Assembly: GCF_051201565.1 (NCBI RefSeq) | Contig: NZ_CP179200.1 | Location: 1,260,001 to 1,292,000, forward strand | DNA: 32,000 bases | Reading direction: 5' to 3' | From: Pseudothioglobus sp. nBUS_23 | GTDB taxonomy: Bacteria; Pseudomonadota; Gammaproteobacteria; PS1; Pseudothioglobaceae | Shown: positions 27,094-32,000 of the stretch, one piece after another | Layout of the letters: every line of letters starts with the position of its first letter | Numbering within the stretch: position 1 is the stretch's first letter | Translations under genes and position numbers: made by a program | Notes under the pieces: model-generated | What the model saw: only the letters and a program-made list of their open reading frames with translations | Databases searched by the model: none | Told to the model about the DNA's origin: nothing

Positions 27094-27453
27094 TTGAAGC
27101 CTAAAGCACAATCTGGTGTTATTACTTTTATCTACAAGAATAAATTTACTCTTGCCTTAATTGTTGTATTGATAGCATTGGTGAAGCAAAATATTTTTGA
27201 AAATAATTTTCCTGGTGTTGTTTTTGAAAGAGAGAGATCAATTGATCAAATTAGAGTCAACAATGCCAATTTAGCTTCTGAAAATACCATTCTTGAAAGC
27301 AAGATCAAAGGCTACACCGAAGAAGACTTGAATTTAATTGAATCTAAAGCAAGATTTAAGTACGGATTAATTAAAGAGGGAGAGTTTTTTTTCAAGGTTA
27401 ATAGGACAGTTGAGACAGAAGCATCAACAGAAAATGACGAGGCTACATTATAA
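27094..27453 (+). CDS. ftsB: Cell division protein FtsB (septum formation initiator), non-AUG (TTG) start
   Basis: 119 aa with an N-terminal TM (FTLALIVVLIALV), then a coiled coil and the conserved LIESKARFKYGLIKEGEFFF (compare E. coli LEERARNELSMVRPGETFY). It lies immediately upstream of ispD-ispF, as in E. coli. The frame contains no ATG at all. Confidence 0.8.
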   Translation: MKPKAQSGVITFIYKNKFTLALIVVLIALVKQNIFENNFPGVVFERERSIDQIRVNNANLASENTILESKIKGYTEEDLNLIESKARFKYGLIKEGEFFFKVNRTVETEASTENDEATL

Positions 27454-27494
27454 TTGAGTGAATTGATCAAAATTGCCTGGGTGTAACCTCAAAT

Positions 27495-28199
27495 ATGAAT
27501 AAAGATAAATATTTTCTTGTCGTCCCAGCAAGTGGAATTGGCCAAAGAATGAATTCCACAATTCCAAAGCAATATATTATTTTAGAGAATGGCTTAACCA
27601 TTCTTGATCAGTGCCTCAATACTATCTTGTCAAATGATCTAATTTCAGGATTTATTGTTGCTCTTGATAAAAAAGATTCACACTTCAAATCTTCCGATTT
27701 TGCAAAAGACCCCAAACTGATTTCAATCGCTACTGGTGGCAAAGAAAGATTTCATTCTGTTCTGAATGCATTAAATGCTTTAGATCAAACTGCAAAACCA
27801 AACGACTGGGTGTTGGTGCATGATGCAGTAAGACCTTGCATTAGAAAAGAAGATATCAATAATCTTATTGAAGAGGTTGCGGATGATAAGGTTGGTGGTA
27901 TTCTTGCTAATAGAATAGTTGATACAGTTAAACAAAAAAATAATGGTGGACTGGTTTCAACGATCGATAGACAAAAACTTTACATTGCACAAACACCTCA
28001 AATGTTTAGATATGCTATTTTGAAAGATTCAATTGAAAAAGCAATAAAAAGCAATATGCATATAACTGATGAATCTGAAGCGCTTGAAAGTCTAAATTAT
28101 TCAATTAGAATTGTTGAAGGCTCATCTAGTAATATTAAAATTACAACTCAAGAAGACATCCATCTAGCAAACTATTTTTTGAAGCATCATGAATATTAA
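27495..28199 (+). CDS. ispD: 2-C-methyl-D-erythritol 4-phosphate cytidylyltransferase
   Basis: 234 aa with VVPASGIGQRMNSTIPKQY (the AAGxGxRM...PKQ motif), VLVHDAVRPC and AQTPQMF. Confidence 0.92.
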   Translation: MNKDKYFLVVPASGIGQRMNSTIPKQYIILENGLTILDQCLNTILSNDLISGFIVALDKKDSHFKSSDFAKDPKLISIATGGKERFHSVLNALNALDQTAKPNDWVLVHDAVRPCIRKEDINNLIEEVADDKVGGILANRIVDTVKQKNNGGLVSTIDRQKLYIAQTPQMFRYAILKDSIEKAIKSNMHITDESEALESLNYSIRIVEGSSSNIKITTQEDIHLANYFLKHHEY

Positions 28200-28665
28200 A
28201 ACAGGCATTGGCCAAGACTCTCACCGGTTTGAAAATCAAAAAGGAAAGCCTTTAATGCTAGGTGGTATTAGATTTACGCACCCATTTGGGTTAGAGGGAA
28301 ATAGCGATGCTGATGTAGTTTTTCACTCAATAACTAATTCAATTTCCAGCATAACTGGTAAAAATATCTTGGGTGATGTCGCAGATCAACTTGCACAAAA
28401 TGGACATAAAGACAGCAGCGAATATTTGAAACTTGCACTGAGTGATTTGGCTGAATGGAAAATAAATCACATAGCCGTAGCCATTGAGTGCCAAACTCCA
28501 AAAATATCTCCCCAAATTAGTGCTATGAAGGAAAATATTGCGCAAATATGTAAAATTAATACCACCGATATTGGAATTACCGCAACCACTGGTGAGAGCC
28601 TAACTGCCTTTGGTAAAGGCGAAGGGATTCAAGCCATCACAATAATCACAGTAAGTAAATCATGA
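28189..28665 (+). CDS. ispF: 2-C-methyl-D-erythritol 2,4-cyclodiphosphate synthase
   Basis: 158 aa with GIGQDSHRF, GNSDADVVFHSI and ITATTGE motifs. It overlaps ispD by 11 nt. Confidence 0.92.
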   Translation: MNIKTGIGQDSHRFENQKGKPLMLGGIRFTHPFGLEGNSDADVVFHSITNSISSITGKNILGDVADQLAQNGHKDSSEYLKLALSDLAEWKINHIAVAIECQTPKISPQISAMKENIAQICKINTTDIGITATTGESLTAFGKGEGIQAITIITVSKS

Positions 28666-30071
28666 CTCTAATAGACAACCCTACTCGATCAAAAATTAAA
28701 AAAATTCATTTTATAGGTATTGGCGGATCAGGCATGAGTGGTATTGCTGAAGTACTTGTAAACCTGGGTTATGAGATATCAGGATCTGATATTCAATCTA
28801 GTGACGCTACTAAAAAACTTGAAAAGCTTGGATGCACCATTAACTATTCACAAAAAGCAGAAAATGTTTTAGGAAAGCAAGCAGTTGTTGTGTCGTCAGC
28901 AATCAATAAAAATAATCCAGAGCTTCAGGAGGCGAGGCAGCAAAAATTACTAATAGTACCCAGGGCAGAAATGCTGGGAGAATTGATGCGGTTTCGATTC
29001 GGGATTGCAGTCTCCGGAACTCATGGAAAAACAACTACAACAAGCCTTATTGTTCAAATTTTGAGTGAGGCAAAACTTGATCCAACCTATATTATTGGTG
29101 GAATTATTAATGCAACTGGAATGAATGCAAAACTAGGCAATAGTGACTACCTCATTGCTGAAGCAGACGAGAGTGACGCCTCATTCCTTCATCTTCAGCC
29201 AATGTTGAGTGTCATCACCAACATAGATGAAGACCACATGGCAACTTACAATCACAATTATGAAAAACTGACAGAAGCTTTTATTAACTTCACATCAAAT
29301 CTTCCATTCTATGGAATTTGCGTTGCATGTACTGATGATCAAGGCGTAAGAGATATTCTTAAAAAAATTCATAGACCCGTTTTAAGTTATGGATTTGGCA
29401 ATGATGCAGACGTAAAAGCCTTAAATATCTCTCAAGACAAAATGAAAATGACATTCGATGTTAGTTGTCAAAAATATCAAAAGAGTTTTCCAGTTTCTCT
29501 CAATTTAATTGGTAGACACAACATACTTAATGCACTTGCAGCAATAAGCGTTTCATTAGAGCTTGATATTAATATCGAAGATATTCAAAAAGCCCTATCC
29601 CACTTTAGTGGCGTATCTAGAAGGTTAGATTATCACCAGGAACTAAAAATAAACAATCAAAATATTCCTTTATTTGATGATTATGGACATCATCCAAATG
29701 AAATTTCTGAAGTATTCAGCACCCTAAGAAACACTTTTCCAGATAAGAGACTTGTTGTCATTTTTCAGCCCCATCGTTACTCTAGAACTAGGGATCTGTT
29801 CAATGAATTTGTAAGCAGTCTCTCTAAAGTTGACGCATTAATCCTTCTTAATATTTATTCTGCAAATGAAGCCCCAATAAATACGATAAGCTCATCAACA
29901 CTTGCTGATTCAATCAGAAGGAGAAGCTCGATAGATCCTATAGTTGCTAAAGATATTGAGGAAATTATTGAAATCATTCCAAATATTAGTTCAGAAAATG
30001 ACGTGATTCTTACACTTGGTGCAGGAGATGTAAACAAAATCCCTCACCAGCTCAAAGAGCATTTTTGTTAG
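28662..30071 (+). CDS. murC: UDP-N-acetylmuramate--L-alanine ligase
   Basis: 469 aa with IHFIGIGGSGMSGIAEVL, the ATP-binding GTHGKTTTTSL, and DDYGHHPNEI. The start overlaps the ispF stop (ATGA). Confidence 0.95.
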   Translation: MTLIDNPTRSKIKKIHFIGIGGSGMSGIAEVLVNLGYEISGSDIQSSDATKKLEKLGCTINYSQKAENVLGKQAVVVSSAINKNNPELQEARQQKLLIVPRAEMLGELMRFRFGIAVSGTHGKTTTTSLIVQILSEAKLDPTYIIGGIINATGMNAKLGNSDYLIAEADESDASFLHLQPMLSVITNIDEDHMATYNHNYEKLTEAFINFTSNLPFYGICVACTDDQGVRDILKKIHRPVLSYGFGNDADVKALNISQDKMKMTFDVSCQKYQKSFPVSLNLIGRHNILNALAAISVSLELDINIEDIQKALSHFSGVSRRLDYHQELKINNQNIPLFDDYGHHPNEISEVFSTLRNTFPDKRLVVIFQPHRYSRTRDLFNEFVSSLSKVDALILLNIYSANEAPINTISSSTLADSIRRRSSIDPIVAKDIEEIIEIIPNISSENDVILTLGAGDVNKIPHQLKEHFC

Positions 30072-30913
30072 AAAGGAGCATGCTTAAAATCAACGAACCA
30101 ATGTCAAAACACTGCTCCCTTAGATCTGGTGGAGAGACGAGTGAATTTTTTCAGCCCCTCGACATTCTTGAGTTATCAAAGTTTTTACAAAACAACTCAA
30201 AACCCATCCTAATGGTCGGTTTAGGAAGTAATCTTTTAGTCCGAGACAAAGGCTTTGATGGCGTCACAATCCATACGAAAAATCTTAAAGAACTCAATAT
30301 TTCTGATAACTTTATTGAGTCTGGTGCTGGAACTTCACTAGCAAAGTTGTCAAGATTCGCTTTAGCTAATTTTAAATATGGTGCTGAATTTCTAAGTGCA
30401 ATTCCTGGATCAGTTGGAGGAGCGCTTGCAATGAATGCAGGTGCATTTGGCTCTGAAATTTGGCAATATGTCGTGTCGGTTAAAACGATGAGTTACTCAG
30501 GAGAAATTAAGGATAGAAAACCTAGTGATTTTGAGATTGCTTATCGCTCCACCATCCATAAAAATAGCAATGAGTTTTTTGTTAGTGCTGTTTTTAATTT
30601 CAACTTAAAGGAGCAGAATGATGATGTAAGTGAATTACTCAAAAAGAGAAACTCTACCCAACCTATTGGACTTCCAAGTTGTGGAAGTGTATTCAAGAAT
30701 CCAAAAAATCATTTTGCTGCAAAACTTATAGAGTCTAGTGGACTCAAGGGTTATTGCATTGGAGGCGCTTGCGTTTCAGATAAGCATGCTAACTATATTA
30801 TTAATCAGGATAATGCGACGGCCCAGGATATTGAAAATTTAATTGCTCACATTCAAGATGTAATTAAGCAGCAATTCGACATAGAACTTGAAACGGAAAT
30901 AATAATTATATGA
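30065..30913 (+). CDS. murB: UDP-N-acetylenolpyruvoylglucosamine reductase
   Basis: 282 aa with an FAD-binding domain (LRSGGETSEFF, GLGSNLLV, IPGSVGGALAMNAGAFG) and the catalytic region PSCGSVFKNP. Confidence 0.9.
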   Translation: MLERSMLKINEPMSKHCSLRSGGETSEFFQPLDILELSKFLQNNSKPILMVGLGSNLLVRDKGFDGVTIHTKNLKELNISDNFIESGAGTSLAKLSRFALANFKYGAEFLSAIPGSVGGALAMNAGAFGSEIWQYVVSVKTMSYSGEIKDRKPSDFEIAYRSTIHKNSNEFFVSAVFNFNLKEQNDDVSELLKKRNSTQPIGLPSCGSVFKNPKNHFAAKLIESSGLKGYCIGGACVSDKHANYIINQDNATAQDIENLIAHIQDVIKQQFDIELETEIIII

Positions 30914-31788
30914 TTGCTGTTTTAATGGGTGGCTATTCTGCTGAACGCGAAATATCTCTTTTGAGTGGAGAAGCAGTTTATCAGGCTCTTTGTGAAAGCA
31001 GAATTGATTGCTTCTCATTTGATCTGAACGTTCAGAATCTTCAAGAACTTTGGAAGATCGACTTCAATAAGGCATTTATTGTTCTTCATGGACGTGGTGG
31101 TGAGGATGGCTTTATACAATCTGAGTTGACTAAAAAAAATATTCCATTCACGGGATCAGATGCAAAATCCTCAAGTTTGTGCATGGATAAAGCTCTAACA
31201 AAAGACCTATGGAAAAACAATAACCTGCCATTATCTGATTCAATAGTTGCATCCAAAGGAAAACCACTTGACACTATTTCTTTTCCTTTACCATGGGCAG
31301 TCAAACCTACTCTGGAGGGCTCAAGCATTGGGATTACTAAAGTGGCAAATGAATCGGAACTAGATTCTGCACTAAAAGAAGCATTTCAATATGGTAATCA
31401 AGCCTTAATAGAGCAGTGGATTGATGGTGATGAATATACTGTTTCAATCTTGAACAATCATGCCCTTCCAAGTATCAAGATAACATCGGATCATGAGATT
31501 TATGATTATCATTCAAAATACTTCAGCAACAAAACTGAATACCTTTGTCCTTCAGATTTAAATAGCGAGCAAGAACTTAACCTTCAAAATATAGCTCTAG
31601 AAGCATTCAATTTAACTGGAGCTTCTGGCTGGGGGCGAGTTGACTTTATACTTGACAAGGATAGAAATCCTTTTCTTTTGGAGATTAACACTGTTCCTGG
31701 AATGACCTCTCACTCTCTTGTACCGATGGCAGCCAAAGCCTCAAATATAAGCTTTAACGAATTAGTTATCAAAATACTTAATGGCTAA
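30910..31788 (+). CDS. ddl: D-alanine--D-alanine ligase
   Basis: 292 aa with VLMGGYSAEREISLLSG, LHGRGGEDG and an ATP-grasp core (VKPTLEGSSIGI...RVDFILD...LLEINTVPGMTSHSLVP). Confidence 0.93.
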   Translation: MIAVLMGGYSAEREISLLSGEAVYQALCESRIDCFSFDLNVQNLQELWKIDFNKAFIVLHGRGGEDGFIQSELTKKNIPFTGSDAKSSSLCMDKALTKDLWKNNNLPLSDSIVASKGKPLDTISFPLPWAVKPTLEGSSIGITKVANESELDSALKEAFQYGNQALIEQWIDGDEYTVSILNNHALPSIKITSDHEIYDYHSKYFSNKTEYLCPSDLNSEQELNLQNIALEAFNLTGASGWGRVDFILDKDRNPFLLEINTVPGMTSHSLVPMAAKASNISFNELVIKILNG

Positions 31789-32000
31789 GGAAAGAAAAAA
31801 TCAAGTCAAAAAACAAAAAACTCCCGTAACTAGTGTTGTTAGAAAACTAGCTAGAAAACTAGCTTATTTGGTCTTAGCTCTTGCTTTAATTTTTGTGATT
31901 TATTTAGTTGATCGCTCAAAACTCCTAGATCCAAAAATTTCCTGGGAGATTGATGGTGTTTTAGTTACCGACGCCCAACGATATGAAGATTTAATTAAAC
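31781..32000 (+). CDS. ftsQ: Cell division protein FtsQ, N-terminal 73 codons (runs off the right edge)
   Basis: Not in the ORF track. My translation from the ATG at 31781 (overlapping the ddl stop) is MAKERKNQVKKQKTPVTSVVRKLARKLAYLVLALALIFVIYLVDRSKLLDPKISWEIDGVLVTDAQRYEDLIK. That is a basic N-terminus, one TM, then the start of a POTRA-like segment. Its position after ddl is canonical for ftsQ. Confidence 0.72.
   Translation, partial: MAKERKNQVKKQKTPVTSVVRKLARKLAYLVLALALIFVIYLVDRSKLLDPKISWEIDGVLVTDAQRYEDLIK

Noticed and set aside
317-31328. The remaining short ORFs in the track (60-98 aa): 317-505, 1672-1902, 1728-1928, 5257-5505, 5720-5962, 6715-6951, 11013-11309, 12491-12712, 12529-12717, 12739-12969, 15098-15283, 15812-16009, 16456-16662, 17640-17831, 19793-19981, 20256-20447, 20926-21111, 21113-21322, 23460-23648, 24268-24483, 24884-25081, 25305-25532, 28339-28545, 29855-30037 and 31086-31328.
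   Set aside because: Each lies entirely or mostly within, or antisense to, a long ORF with strong homology-type evidence. None occupies an intergenic gap. Their sequences are low-complexity or hydrophobic, as expected from off-frame translation of AT-rich coding DNA.
1-32000. Search for a mobile element, genomic island, defence system or toxin-antitoxin pair (integrase, transposase, tRNA attachment site, flanking direct repeats, small overlapping gene pairs of unknown function).
   Set aside because: None was found. Every long ORF has a housekeeping assignment except four membrane or envelope proteins of recognisable families. The only candidate insertion, the deacetylase at 20.7-21.8 kb, has no flanking repeats or mobility genes.

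Overview
AT-rich, very gene-dense core-chromosome segment. About 96% of bases lie inside called CDS, the longest spacer is 160 bp, and many neighbouring genes overlap by 1-11 nt. Gene content and local synteny are gammaproteobacterial in type: ruvB-ybgC-tolQRA, hemA-prfA, fur<>bamE, ccmAB, metK, ahcY, glyQ, miaB/ybeZ, mnmA-hflD, rpsT, smrB-xseA, ftsB-ispDF and murC-murB-ddl-ftsQ. That it comes from a streamlined, possibly marine, gammaproteobacterium is inference only. I call 39 CDS; two are cut by the window edges and absent from the ORF track (ruvC at the left edge, ftsQ at the right). I found no tRNA, rRNA, CRISPR array, transposase, integrase, phage, toxin-antitoxin or recognisable defence gene. 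Signals the ORF track does not explain are: (1) a well-supported SAH riboswitch in the ahcY leader; (2) a structured, promoter-proximal metK leader that I cannot fold into a known SAM-riboswitch class by eye; (3) a 16-bp perfect palindrome on the putative hemA promoter; (4) two clean rho-independent terminators and several sigma70-type promoters; (5) in-frame coding repeats in tolA, bamE and ahcY. The main architectural oddity is that many normally conserved operons are broken or re-joined here. glyQ and glyS are unlinked. tolQRA is followed by glyS rather than tolB-pal. ruvB has no ruvA upstream. ccmAB has no ccmC-H. fur runs directly into a lone znuB. A secreted polysaccharide deacetylase is inserted antisense between miaB and ybeZ. 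ftsB-ispDF is joined to murC. I do not see a convincing novel multi-gene system in this window. The best leads for new biology are the metK leader RNA, the deacetylase with an uncharacterised C-terminal domain, and the fur-znuB unit.
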